Program-made: the position numbers and the translations under genes
In this document: positions 1 to 8,960 of the stretch, one piece after another
Layout of the letters: every line of letters starts with the position of its first letter
Numbering within the stretch: the first letter of the stretch is position 1
The notes under the pieces: model-generated
Database searches by the model: none
Seen by the model: the letters and a program-made list of their open reading frames with translations, nothing else
What the model was told of the DNA's origin: nothing
Assembly: GCA_018238625.1 (NCBI GenBank)
Contig: JABCSY010000076.1
Span: forward strand, 1-19,265
Direction of reading: 5' to 3'
From: Promethearchaeota archaeon
GTDB taxonomy: Archaea > Asgardarchaeota > Lokiarchaeia > Sigyniarchaeales > SOKP01
DNA: 19,265 bases

Positions 1-1374
1 AATAACTTAGGTGAAGAAGGGTATTTTCTCAACATCAATCAAGAACGCATTATAATATCTGCTACCAGTCCTGCTGGCGTTTTTTATGGCATTCAAACTC
101 TTCGTCAATTACTTCCAGTTGAAATAGAAAGCATTACTAATAAGAGCCATATTGAATGGTCTGTTCCTTCTGTAGTAATTAAAGATTATCCTCGATTCTC
201 TTGGCGAGGATACATGCTTGACGAAAGTAGACATTTCTTTGGTAAAGAAGTTGTTAAACGCATCCTAGATCTGATGGCACTCTTTAAGATGAATGTTTTT
301 CATTGGCATCTCACTGATGATCAGGGTTGGAGAATTGAAATTAAGAAATATCCCCTCCTAATAGAAATTGGATCAAAAAGGAAGGAAACCCAAATTGGAG
401 GTTTTATAAGTAGGAAAACAGATAACACCCCCCACGAAGGATTTTACACTCAAAAAGATGTACAAGAGATAGTTGCTTATGCAGATAAACTTTTTATTAA
501 AGTAATTCCAGAGATAGATATGCCTGGTCATGCAAAAGCAGTATTAGCAGCTTATCCTGAATTAAGTTGCAGTGGAGGTCCCTTTGAAGTACCAAATAAA
601 TTTGGAATTAAAAAGGATGTTTTTTGTGTTGGTAAAGAGGTAGTATTTGAATTCATACAAAATGTATTAGATGAGATAATTCAATTATTTCCCTCAAATA
701 TTATTCATATCGGAGGTGACGAAGTTCCTAAAAAAGGATGGAAAGAATGTCCTGAATGTCAAACGAGAATAAAATCAGAGAGCCTTAATGATGAAAAGGA
801 GCTCCAAATTTATTTTACAAATAGGATAATAACATATCTAACCTCTTGCGATTGTAGGGTAATGGGATGGAATCAAATTCTAAGCGATAAGTTAACTGAA
901 GATGTTATTGGACAATATTGGATTTTTGGTAAAAAGGAAGTTATGAAACACCTAAAAAGAGGGGGAAATATTGTAATGTCTAAATTTGGCTACACTTACC
1001 TTGATTATTCCTATTCTTTTACATCTCTAAGTAAAGCCTATCGATACAAACCTATTCCTAAAAAATTAAAGAAGGAATTCCATTGCAATATCTTAGGAAT
1101 AGAAGCTCCGATGTGGACAGAATGGGTTAGAAATGTAAATGAATTAGATTGGCAAACCTTTCCTCGCCTAATAGCATTTGCAGAAACTGGTTGGACATTA
1201 TTAGAACAGAAAAACTTCAAGAATTTTAAAAAACGCCTTGAAATTATTCTTAAACGGTTAGATATGCTCGGAGTTTGCTATGCCCAGAAAGACGAATACG
1301 AACCACACTTAATCAAAAAGATATTTGGATTTTTTAGTATATTAAAAGAACCAAAAAGAAGATCTTTATATTAG
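1..1374 (+). CDS. Beta-N-acetylhexosaminidase, GH20 family (5' truncated by window start)
   Basis: Frame +1 is open from base 1 (NNLGEEGYFL...GVFYGIQTLRQL...DYPRFSWRGYMLDESRHF), so the gene starts upstream of the 214 ATG in the ORF track. GH20 motifs HWHLTDDQGWR, PEIDMPGH, catalytic HIGGDE and WTE are present. Confidence 0.95.
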   Translation, partial: NNLGEEGYFLNINQERIIISATSPAGVFYGIQTLRQLLPVEIESITNKSHIEWSVPSVVIKDYPRFSWRGYMLDESRHFFGKEVVKRILDLMALFKMNVFHWHLTDDQGWRIEIKKYPLLIEIGSKRKETQIGGFISRKTDNTPHEGFYTQKDVQEIVAYADKLFIKVIPEIDMPGHAKAVLAAYPELSCSGGPFEVPNKFGIKKDVFCVGKEVVFEFIQNVLDEIIQLFPSNIIHIGGDEVPKKGWKECPECQTRIKSESLNDEKELQIYFTNRIITYLTSCDCRVMGWNQILSDKLTEDVIGQYWIFGKKEVMKHLKRGGNIVMSKFGYTYLDYSYSFTSLSKAYRYKPIPKKLKKEFHCNILGIEAPMWTEWVRNVNELDWQTFPRLIAFAETGWTLLEQKNFKNFKKRLEIILKRLDMLGVCYAQKDEYEPHLIKKIFGFFSILKEPKRRSLY

Positions 1375-1504
1375 GAAAAGCGCATATGTTTTGATTTTAG
1401 AATAATATTGATAAAAACACATCAAAAAAAGAATACTTATATAATGAGTAGTTGAAATATTATTAAAAAATAATTTGAAGTTAAAATTAAATAAGTGATA
1501 TAAT

Positions 1505-2908
1505 TTGGAAAAATCAAAAACAAATAATGATTTTGTTGGAAAATTGCCTAGAAAAGATGTATTTATATATTCACTAGGATATATTCCTAATACTTTCCTT
1601 GCGGGAGTTTTCATGTTAATGTATGTTAATTTCTTTTGGAATTATTTAGGTTTAATTGATTCATTATTTATCGTTGGGATGATCATTTATGCTACGATTA
1701 ATGCCTTAAACGATCCACTAACTGGCCATATGAGTGATAAAACTAATATTGATAAATGGGGTAGTCGAAGATTAATTTATATAAAATGGTTTGGTCCATT
1801 ATGGGCAATATTCTACTTCATAATGTGGTTCCCTTGGAGTTATGACAACCAAATTTTAATATTCCTTCAATTTGTATTAAGTATATGTATTTTTGATACC
1901 TTTCTTTCTTTAGTAATTGGATTATATATGTCATTAATGTCAGAGATGTCTGATAACATTAAAGTTCGCTATAAACTATCCTTTTATGCCAACATTGCAA
2001 CATTTATTGCTGGTATTCCAGTTGTATTCGCACAATCTATATTTGATGCGAGCTTAGAATCTTTTCAAATGTTCAATGGCATACTTGCTATTATTTCGGT
2101 TGTATTATATATAATAGTTACTCGCTTTTTAAAGGAAAGACCAGAATTAAGAGTTGAAGAAGATTATACCTTTTTCCAAGCCATGAAAACGATTGTTAAA
2201 TCTAAAGCGTTTTTAACGCGCACGGGTTACATTTTTTTCAATACTAGTGCAAGGGCTATGGGATTTTCGTTTCTTTTTGCCTTTGTATTCATCTTAGGAC
2301 CTGGATCGCTAACACCCATGTTATTTATGCTAGTTACTTTTGGTTTAGGTTTTTTCTCAAATATAATTTATATGAAATTAGAAAAAAAATGGGGGATTCG
2401 AAAAACTATTCTTATCCTTAAGTCAGGTTTGATTGTAGCAAATCTAATTAGTTTTGTGATAGTTTCCGCAATAGGATCGACAGCAATAGTATGGATTTGC
2501 GTTGCTCTCGTATCACTTTTATCTGGATTTGGAGTCTTTGATTTTGTACTTTTAACTATGGCAATTGACGAAGACGAAATCAAATATGGAAGTCGACGAG
2601 AAAGCATATTTCAAGGAACGAGTTCTCTCTTGTTTAAACCAGCAGATAGTTTAGGGCCAATAATTGCTACAACCACATTAACTCTCTTCGGTTTTGTGAC
2701 TGGTTCGATGACTCAAGACGCAACTGCACTCCTCGGAATAAAGGTCCTTTTATTTGTAATGCCCACCCTTATGCACGCGATTAGTTTAATCTTTATATAT
2801 CTATTTCCTTATCACGGCGAAGCTTTAGAAAAACTAAATTCTGAAATAGTGAAACTACATGCAATGAAGAAAGAAAACTATGAGAGCAGTAAGGTCGGAA
2901 AAATTTAG
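1505..2908 (+). CDS. MFS transporter, glycoside-pentoside-hexuronide (GPH/MelB-like) family
   Basis: About 12 hydrophobic segments; NALNDPLTGHMSDKT...WGSRR loop and DEDEIKYGSRRES motif typical of GPH sugar symporters; TTG start. Confidence 0.9.
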   Translation: MEKSKTNNDFVGKLPRKDVFIYSLGYIPNTFLAGVFMLMYVNFFWNYLGLIDSLFIVGMIIYATINALNDPLTGHMSDKTNIDKWGSRRLIYIKWFGPLWAIFYFIMWFPWSYDNQILIFLQFVLSICIFDTFLSLVIGLYMSLMSEMSDNIKVRYKLSFYANIATFIAGIPVVFAQSIFDASLESFQMFNGILAIISVVLYIIVTRFLKERPELRVEEDYTFFQAMKTIVKSKAFLTRTGYIFFNTSARAMGFSFLFAFVFILGPGSLTPMLFMLVTFGLGFFSNIIYMKLEKKWGIRKTILILKSGLIVANLISFVIVSAIGSTAIVWICVALVSLLSGFGVFDFVLLTMAIDEDEIKYGSRRESIFQGTSSLLFKPADSLGPIIATTTLTLFGFVTGSMTQDATALLGIKVLLFVMPTLMHAISLIFIYLFPYHGEALEKLNSEIVKLHAMKKENYESSKVGKI

Positions 2909-2968
2909 GGTGTAAAATTTGATAAATTTTAAACTCAATTTTCTTAATTTTCGTAAGAATTGATTAAA

Positions 2969-4933
2969 ATGGATCAAACTAAAGATAATCCGGAGTATCT
3001 CGATTATATAGTGAGATTAGATAATATAAATGATATTACATTTGATATAGATGAAAAAATAATTGTTAGCAGCAAAACACCAATTAAAATAATATTTAAA
3101 GCAAAAAAAGAATATCCTCGCCGTACTCTCTTTAGATTCGTAATCCCTTATGGGTGGGAACCAATTGATTTAAAGAATGAAATTTGCACTATCGAATCCT
3201 CTGTGAAAGGGAAGATGAAAGCAACTAACTCCCTATTAATGTTAGTCTATATATTGAACGACCCAATGAGCATTGGAGATACAATTGAGTTTAATTATAA
3301 TAAATTGAAGAAGATAAATACGGCTGGAGATGTTGCTTACATTGATGAAGTTTACTTCGCTTTAGATGTTAAACTTCCTAAAGAAAAAGTGTTCAATAGA
3401 ATAGGGATAAAGAAAATTTCTATGATCTCAGAAAAGGCTTCTTTTTTTCTTATAAAAATCCCTACAATTTACCGTGGAAATCCAATGGATGTTGAAATCG
3501 TTGCTTTAGATAAATTTGGAAACCGAGATTATAACTTCAATGGAGAAGTTGAAATTCAAGGCGATAGTTGTCTAGATTTTCCAAAAAAAGCAATTATAAG
3601 AAATGGATATGTATATATTGAACACGCATTGAAATTTAAGAAAGGTATCCAACCAAATTCAAGAATCAGTAGATTACTAAGATATAATACGGTGTTCGCA
3701 TTGTATCCTGTATTTCCTGAAATATTATCAAATATTGGAAAGTTATATGTCAGTAATAGAGAACTTACTGGAACTTCAAATCCAATTGTTTGGGACGAGG
3801 ATATCACGGGTCAAGTTTACTGGGGGGATACTCATATACATACTAGAGAATTTTCTGATGGTATGGGAACGGGCGCGGACGCATTTCACTATGCAAAAAA
3901 TGTAGTACTTCACGATTTTGCTGCTTTAGGAGACCATCTAAACCAAAGAAATAACGCTTTTATGGAAGGCCGAAAAGACATCTTATATCCATATAACAAA
4001 GCTATTTGGAAATCTCTAATAGATTTGTGTGTTGAATGGACTGATAAAAAGTTTTCAGCAATTCCAGGATACGAATGGTCAGGGCGCAATTTCTATGTAA
4101 CTTTAGCTACCAAATTAAAAAGCCCTTATGAAGCAATAGCCGATAAAGTAATGTTATTTCCATTAGAGTCGGCTAAAGATGCGCCCTTAGTTGATTATAT
4201 ATCTAAAGAGGGATGTTTTCAGCACCAGTTATACGACGCGCTTAAAGGAGTACATTGTGCTATCATTTCTCATACTCCTATTAGCTTTATGATGGGTACT
4301 TCATGGACCGAAGTTGATAACGAAATGGAAAAGGTTGTTGAGATCTACTCTTCACATGGTTCAAGCGAATCAATGAAAGGTAATTATAGACCATTAGTTA
4401 ACAACAAGAAAAAAGGGAGCGTAATATGGGCTTTAAATAACGGTTTTAAATTAGGATTCATAGGTGGCGGGGACGATCACTATTCACATCCAGGATGCCC
4501 AATAAGACAATATAAGATGAAAAGTATAGTACCAATATTAAGATATCGACCAGGAATCGCTGCGGTTTTTTCTGATCAATTAGATTCTAAAAACTTGATT
4601 AAAAATATAAACCAACGGAATTGCTACGCTACTACGGGTGAAAGAATGTGGTTAAAGATTAAGATAAATTCCGCTTTGATGGGACAAGAAGTAAATGTTT
4701 CAACCCCTCCAGTAATAATACTTACCGTGTGTGGGACTAAAAAGCTTGAAAGCGTGGAGCTAATAAAGAATGGAACCGTTATTGCAATTCGAGTCCCTAC
4801 TTACGATCGAATCAAGTTTGCATTTGAAGATAAAGATCTAAAGAAAGGTGATAAAGCTTATTATTACATTCGAGCTACCCAATTTGATGGGGAGCGAGGA
4901 TGGAGTTCGCCTATTTGGGTAGAATTTGTTTAA
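2969..4933 (+). CDS. PHP-fold metallohydrolase, DUF3604 / CehA-McbA-like
   Basis: YWGDTHIHT, GDH, GYEWSG, SHT, EIYSSHG, GFIGGGDDH, YATTGER and C-terminal YYYIR...WSSPIW motifs. ATG at 2969 preferred over TTG at 2960. Confidence 0.8.
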   Translation: MDQTKDNPEYLDYIVRLDNINDITFDIDEKIIVSSKTPIKIIFKAKKEYPRRTLFRFVIPYGWEPIDLKNEICTIESSVKGKMKATNSLLMLVYILNDPMSIGDTIEFNYNKLKKINTAGDVAYIDEVYFALDVKLPKEKVFNRIGIKKISMISEKASFFLIKIPTIYRGNPMDVEIVALDKFGNRDYNFNGEVEIQGDSCLDFPKKAIIRNGYVYIEHALKFKKGIQPNSRISRLLRYNTVFALYPVFPEILSNIGKLYVSNRELTGTSNPIVWDEDITGQVYWGDTHIHTREFSDGMGTGADAFHYAKNVVLHDFAALGDHLNQRNNAFMEGRKDILYPYNKAIWKSLIDLCVEWTDKKFSAIPGYEWSGRNFYVTLATKLKSPYEAIADKVMLFPLESAKDAPLVDYISKEGCFQHQLYDALKGVHCAIISHTPISFMMGTSWTEVDNEMEKVVEIYSSHGSSESMKGNYRPLVNNKKKGSVIWALNNGFKLGFIGGGDDHYSHPGCPIRQYKMKSIVPILRYRPGIAAVFSDQLDSKNLIKNINQRNCYATTGERMWLKIKINSALMGQEVNVSTPPVIILTVCGTKKLESVELIKNGTVIAIRVPTYDRIKFAFEDKDLKKGDKAYYYIRATQFDGERGWSSPIWVEFV

Positions 4934-5820
4934 GAATTAATATAATCACGGATTTCTTTATATCCAATTATTTTTAAATCGTACCTCTCAACACACTCTT
5001 TAATATGCGGATTAGTGAATGCTCCAAAATCTAAGTCTCGCCAACTTGCTGAATCCGGGGCTATAGCTTTCAATTCAGGGCTCATTTTAGCGGGGTGGAA
5101 TAAGAAATGCGTTAGACCCGGTTTAATTTCTGCAAACCTTTTGCAATAATATTCTACTTTGTTAAGATGCGGTCCCATTGTATCAATAATAATCTGATTT
5201 ATAAGGGGAGTGCCTTTTTCCTCTAAATTTTCAAACATTTTTAGGTAAACACCAGCATGTTCTCCTAGTCCCATGGCAATTAATTCTTCTTTAGTTAATT
5301 TTGGTAAAAAAGCAACAATATTGAATTCTCGAGCTAGCTTCAAATAAGACGGAAGGAATTTGGGATTCATTACAGTCCCCATATGCGAATCAATGTGGGT
5401 AACATCAATACCATTATCGAGAGCCATTCGAATCTGTGAACGCATTTCAATTTCTGCTGCTTCAACAGTTACTTTTTCAATTGCTTCCTCCGATGTACGC
5501 CAGAGCGAACTCTCTGAATCCAATAATCCCGTTTTAGGATCAACGCTACTCAATGCCCGCCAACGATATAATTCATATTCACATGTAAGAGTTAAATGCA
5601 CACCAACATCATATTTAGGGTTATTTTTACACATCGATGCGGTTTCTAAAAACCAAGGTGCAGGGGTAATAATAGAGCCACAGCTAGCTACTCCTAAGTC
5701 TAAACATTTAAAAGAAGCTAAATTTGAGGCATGAGAGAAACCTATATCGTCAATATGGAAAATAACAACTTTATCTGAAGCTTCAAACCCTAATTTTTCT
5801 ATAAGTGTAAGATTTTTCAT
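4930..5820 (-). CDS. ChbG/YdjC/HpnK family carbohydrate deacetylase
   Basis: HIDDIG, GVHLTL, THIDSHMG and HPA metal-binding/catalytic motifs of the YdjC family. Confidence 0.88.
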   Translation of the reverse strand: MKNLTLIEKLGFEASDKVVIFHIDDIGFSHASNLASFKCLDLGVASCGSIITPAPWFLETASMCKNNPKYDVGVHLTLTCEYELYRWRALSSVDPKTGLLDSESSLWRTSEEAIEKVTVEAAEIEMRSQIRMALDNGIDVTHIDSHMGTVMNPKFLPSYLKLAREFNIVAFLPKLTKEELIAMGLGEHAGVYLKMFENLEEKGTPLINQIIIDTMGPHLNKVEYYCKRFAEIKPGLTHFLFHPAKMSPELKAIAPDSASWRDLDFGAFTNPHIKECVERYDLKIIGYKEIRDYINS

Positions 5821-5938
5821 GTTTATTTTTCAAATCCTATAAAGTAAGAACTAATGATTAAAGAATATCATTTGACAAGTGTTATTATTTTTACCAAATT
5901 TTTCAAAACCATTCTAAATTGTGATAAAAACACAGTTA

Positions 5939-7264
5939 TTATTTAAAATTTGGTAAGTATTCTTTCTGAAGTTCAGTCATTTCGTTATATATTGCCTCTG
6001 CCATTTTAAAACTACCGCAATTAACATCTATAGCTATACACGCTATAGCAAGGTCCTTAGATTCTTTTAAAATTGCTTCAACGCATAAGTCTTGAATTGA
6101 GGCTTCTATGCGAAGTATTGCAGCAATACTTTCTGGAATTTCACCTAGCTTAACTCCATGTAGCCCCTCTTTATTTACAATTGCAGAACATTCAATCACT
6201 AAATCTTGAGGGAGATTTTCTATAATTCCGTCGTTTGGGATATTAACTGCGATTTCATAAGAATTATTATCTTCAATTAAAGCTTCGATAATTGGTATCG
6301 CCCGTTCTCCAGATGGATCTCTCATAAACATTCCTTTTCGAGGATAAGTTCCTTTCTTAAGTCTTTTATAATATCTAGAAAGCTTAGCATAACCTCCTTT
6401 ATTTACTTGTTCCATTCTTGTAATCCAATCCTTTAAATCTTGGATGGTTGTATATTGAGACCCAATTTGTATATATTCGCATATATGATTGTCACCTACG
6501 TAAGGAAAATAGCCAAATCTTTTGTATACTTCGAAAGTTAAATCAGCATAATGAAACCTATCCCTTTTGTCTTGAAAATATTCCAAACATTTTGAGTTAA
6601 ATTCTGGCATTAAATCTATTCCTGTTGTTAAATCCTTTAAATCAAGTAGGAAAGCGAAATGATTCAAACCACCAGTAGTTAATTGCATTTCACTTATATC
6701 CCTATTTAACATATTTGGTAAATGGTGATTCGTTAATAACTCTATTTGATGGCAAAGCCCAACGAATTTTAGTTCAGGAACAGCCCTTTTAATTGCTAAA
6801 CATATTCGGGACATGGGGTTTGAGTAATTTATAAAGAAAGCGTTAGGGCAAATTTTTACAACATCCTCCGCAATTCTAATAATTTCAGGGATTTGTCGTG
6901 CGCTATGGAAAAACCCACCCGGACCCCCATTTTCAGCCATCATTTCCGTAGAACCATGTTTTCTCGGTATTGTATTATCTTGCCAACGCAATTCGAACCG
7001 ATCTCCCTTTTCAATGGAAGAAATAACAAAATCCGCATCTTTTAATGCTTTCGATCTAGTTGTTGTTTGTTCGATATTGAATTTATTACCGAGCTTTTCG
7101 TTGTCTTTTACAACAATTTGATAAACCATTTCTAACTTTTCTTCGTTAATATCGTGAAGAACAACAGTTGATCCCGATAAAACAGAACTAAGATTAAGAT
7201 CCATCAAAGTAGCTGGACCAAACGAAGAACTACCTGCCCCTATTAAAACTATTCTTTTTTCCAT
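5939..7264 (-). CDS. NAD+/Mn2+-dependent GH4 glycosidase (MelA alpha-galactosidase / alpha-glucosidase-like)
   Basis: N-terminal IVLIGAGS Rossmann motif, ENGGPGG, NYSNPM, GLCH and GLNH. Start placed at ATG 7264 (MEKRIVLIGAGS) rather than the TTG at 7303. Confidence 0.92.
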   Translation of the reverse strand: MEKRIVLIGAGSSSFGPATLMDLNLSSVLSGSTVVLHDINEEKLEMVYQIVVKDNEKLGNKFNIEQTTTRSKALKDADFVISSIEKGDRFELRWQDNTIPRKHGSTEMMAENGGPGGFFHSARQIPEIIRIAEDVVKICPNAFFINYSNPMSRICLAIKRAVPELKFVGLCHQIELLTNHHLPNMLNRDISEMQLTTGGLNHFAFLLDLKDLTTGIDLMPEFNSKCLEYFQDKRDRFHYADLTFEVYKRFGYFPYVGDNHICEYIQIGSQYTTIQDLKDWITRMEQVNKGGYAKLSRYYKRLKKGTYPRKGMFMRDPSGERAIPIIEALIEDNNSYEIAVNIPNDGIIENLPQDLVIECSAIVNKEGLHGVKLGEIPESIAAILRIEASIQDLCVEAILKESKDLAIACIAIDVNCGSFKMAEAIYNEMTELQKEYLPNFK

Positions 7265-7342
7265 GATTCTACCTACATTAATTTTGATAAGAAAATATCG
7301 CAAATTAGTTAAATGTCACTTACCTTATAACCTTCTAATTAT

Positions 7343-8863
7343 TTATAAAAAATTGGTAATTTCTATAAAATTCCAAAATTTATGCCAATCATCAACCTTT
7401 CCCTTGGAGGAAAGACCAGCCCTAAGGTTATCAGGCTGTGCGCTCGTCACCGAGTTCAAGACATACTTCATTTGTAACGCTTTTTGCATTACTTCGGAAG
7501 TCTTGAAGGATGTTATCCCGCTATGCTTGAAAAAATCGTGAAGTTTAGCCCAATCACGGTAGGGACTGCTTGGTTTCAAACGGGGCTTTATTACGTCCCC
7601 GACTTGTGCAAGCAACCACTTGTAATTGGTTGGAATGTTTTCCGTAAACCCCAGACCTTTTCGAGCTATTACGTAACTCGCCAACACGTGAGTTGACAAG
7701 TTATATAATCGTGAATAGTTATACTTGCCAATCAAAGAGGTGTATGCGGGATGCACTTTCTTAATGGCAACACCTCTCTTAAGGCATTTTCGCTCCAACA
7801 ATTCTAACGCTGATGTTTTGAAATTGCTTAACTTTCTATTACGTTTTTTGCCATAGGAAAACTCTTGTTCAAAGGACAAGTCCTCGACAACGAGCCCCTT
7901 CTTTTTATTAATGCAGTAGTTTACCACATTATCCACCTTATAGCTAATGTAGTCCGCACGCTTATCCTTTCGATACGAGTGCAAATTTCTGAAGTAAATT
8001 TCGTGATAACTCTTGAAAGTACCGAGGTTGTCTACATTACTGAGAGAAACAAAATTATAGTTCATGTCAAGCCCGACTGCTCCGTTTTCAAATCCATGAA
8101 GGGGGGCTGCTTCTGGAATTTCGTAGGAAACATGGGCGAAATATCGGATGCATCCCCTGTAGAAGCGCCTGACCACTTCTATTTGATATAATTCTAAAGC
8201 AAGGATTTCATTGAACCATTTCTGTTGCGCGTAATTAACCGTGAAAGGAATTATCAGCCATTTCTTCCCTATTTCCTTCGAAAACGTGCGAACTTTTAGA
8301 GTCATGTCAGGAAAGAGTCTTAAATTCAAATTAACTCCTTGTTTCTTGCCCACACAACAAAACGAAGAATCCCTTCTAATTCTAAATTCTTCCCTACTAA
8401 TTTTTCTCAATATCCGCTCCCGGAACAACCGTTTCGTGCCAAATACAACGGGCTTGAAGTGAAGAGCGTTTGATTTATTTCGGACCGATGACAACCGAGA
8501 GTAAAGTCCTTTTAACCGTCTATCCTTCTTATCTTTTTCTTTAATCCAATCTATTTTCTTCTCGATCGTCTTAACTTGTTTAACAAAGAATCTTTCTCGC
8601 TTCTCAAACCACGCTTGTTGCTGGGCTAACTTAGCTTCGCAGTCGATTAGGATGCTATTTACATAGGGATTATTGTGACAAAGCTCCATTAATTTGGGTT
8701 GGACTAGTTTCCGCCTTTCATTTTTCGGTAAGTCTACATCCCTTAATCCGCACAATAATGTATATCCTATTCGCTTGATTTTATTGTAAATTGTGAAAAC
8801 TTCGTGTAATTTTTGCTCTTGCGAAGCTGTGGGATGCAATCGGAATTTACTAGTTGTTTTCAT
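7343..8863 (-). CDS. tnpB: TnpB-family RNA-guided nuclease, zinc-finger-less variant (IS200/IS605/IS607 accessory protein)
   Basis: N-terminal KFRLHPT; RuvC-I GLDMN (D266); RuvC-II VVEDL (E327); HPAYTS; HVLASYVIARKGLG at the RuvC-III position (H392). Basic protein, visibly more GC-rich than its flanks. Confidence 0.9.
   Translation of the reverse strand: MKTTSKFRLHPTASQEQKLHEVFTIYNKIKRIGYTLLCGLRDVDLPKNERRKLVQPKLMELCHNNPYVNSILIDCEAKLAQQQAWFEKRERFFVKQVKTIEKKIDWIKEKDKKDRRLKGLYSRLSSVRNKSNALHFKPVVFGTKRLFRERILRKISREEFRIRRDSSFCCVGKKQGVNLNLRLFPDMTLKVRTFSKEIGKKWLIIPFTVNYAQQKWFNEILALELYQIEVVRRFYRGCIRYFAHVSYEIPEAAPLHGFENGAVGLDMNYNFVSLSNVDNLGTFKSYHEIYFRNLHSYRKDKRADYISYKVDNVVNYCINKKKGLVVEDLSFEQEFSYGKKRNRKLSNFKTSALELLERKCLKRGVAIKKVHPAYTSLIGKYNYSRLYNLSTHVLASYVIARKGLGFTENIPTNYKWLLAQVGDVIKPRLKPSSPYRDWAKLHDFFKHSGITSFKTSEVMQKALQMKYVLNSVTSAQPDNLRAGLSSKGKVDDWHKFWNFIEITNFL
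7358..7372 (-). repeat. 15-bp inverted repeat, copy 1 (AATTTTATAGAAATT on minus strand)
   Basis: + strand 7358-7372 reads aatttctataaaatt, the exact reverse complement of 8946-8960. Confidence 0.85.
7358..7460 (-). ncRNA. Putative omegaRNA (3' part of scaffold plus guide) overlapping the tnpB 3' end
   Basis: Three consecutive hairpins on the tnpB sense strand: CUCG-GUGA-CGAG (7454-7443, GNRA loop), CAGCC...GGCUG (7438-7417) and CUUUCC...GGAAAG (7414-7397). TnpB omegaRNAs are known to overlap the 3' end of the ORF. The 5' limit is unknown. Confidence 0.55.
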
Positions 8864-8898
8864 CGAAATACTGTCCTTATATTTAAAATAGTTAAAAG
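7373..8898 (-). mobile_element. Non-autonomous tnpB-only insertion sequence, possibly IS607-type (ends tentative)
   Basis: tnpB with no tnpA and a GC shift from the flanks. Candidate ends on the minus strand: ...aaatGGG|cttttaac (8902-8899, then 8898) and ...cataaattttGG|aatttt (7374-7373). IS607 elements recombine at GG dinucleotides. Boundaries are inferred, not proven. Confidence 0.5.
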
Positions 8899-8945
8899 CC
8901 CATTTAAAATTGGAGAGAGTAAAGATTTTTGCTTTTTTTACAAAA

Positions 8946-8960
8946 AATTTTATAGAAATT
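8946..8960 (+). repeat. 15-bp inverted repeat, copy 2 (AATTTTATAGAAATT on plus strand)
   Basis: + strand 8946-8960 reads aattttatagaaatt and overlaps the start of TTTATAAA at 8959-8966. Confidence 0.85.

Noticed and set aside
7280-7295. Minus-strand TTATCAA as an IS605-type right end
   Set aside because: No adjacent subterminal hairpin is seen and it lies about 110 nt from the hairpin cluster; less convincing than the GG junction, though not excluded.
7265-7303. 13-aa N-terminal extension of GH4 from TTG 7303
   Set aside because: GH4 proteins begin a few residues before the GAGS motif, so ATG 7264 fits better.
7343-8863. Firm call as a nuclease-dead TldR repressor
   Set aside because: RuvC-I Asp and RuvC-II Glu are intact; His at the third position does not prove inactivity.
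7358-8960. The 15-bp inverted repeat as terminal inverted repeats of a DDE transposon
   Set aside because: There is no DDE transposase and no evident target-site duplication, and tnpB-carrying IS605/IS607 elements lack terminal inverted repeats. The repeat is kept as a guide/operator hypothesis instead.
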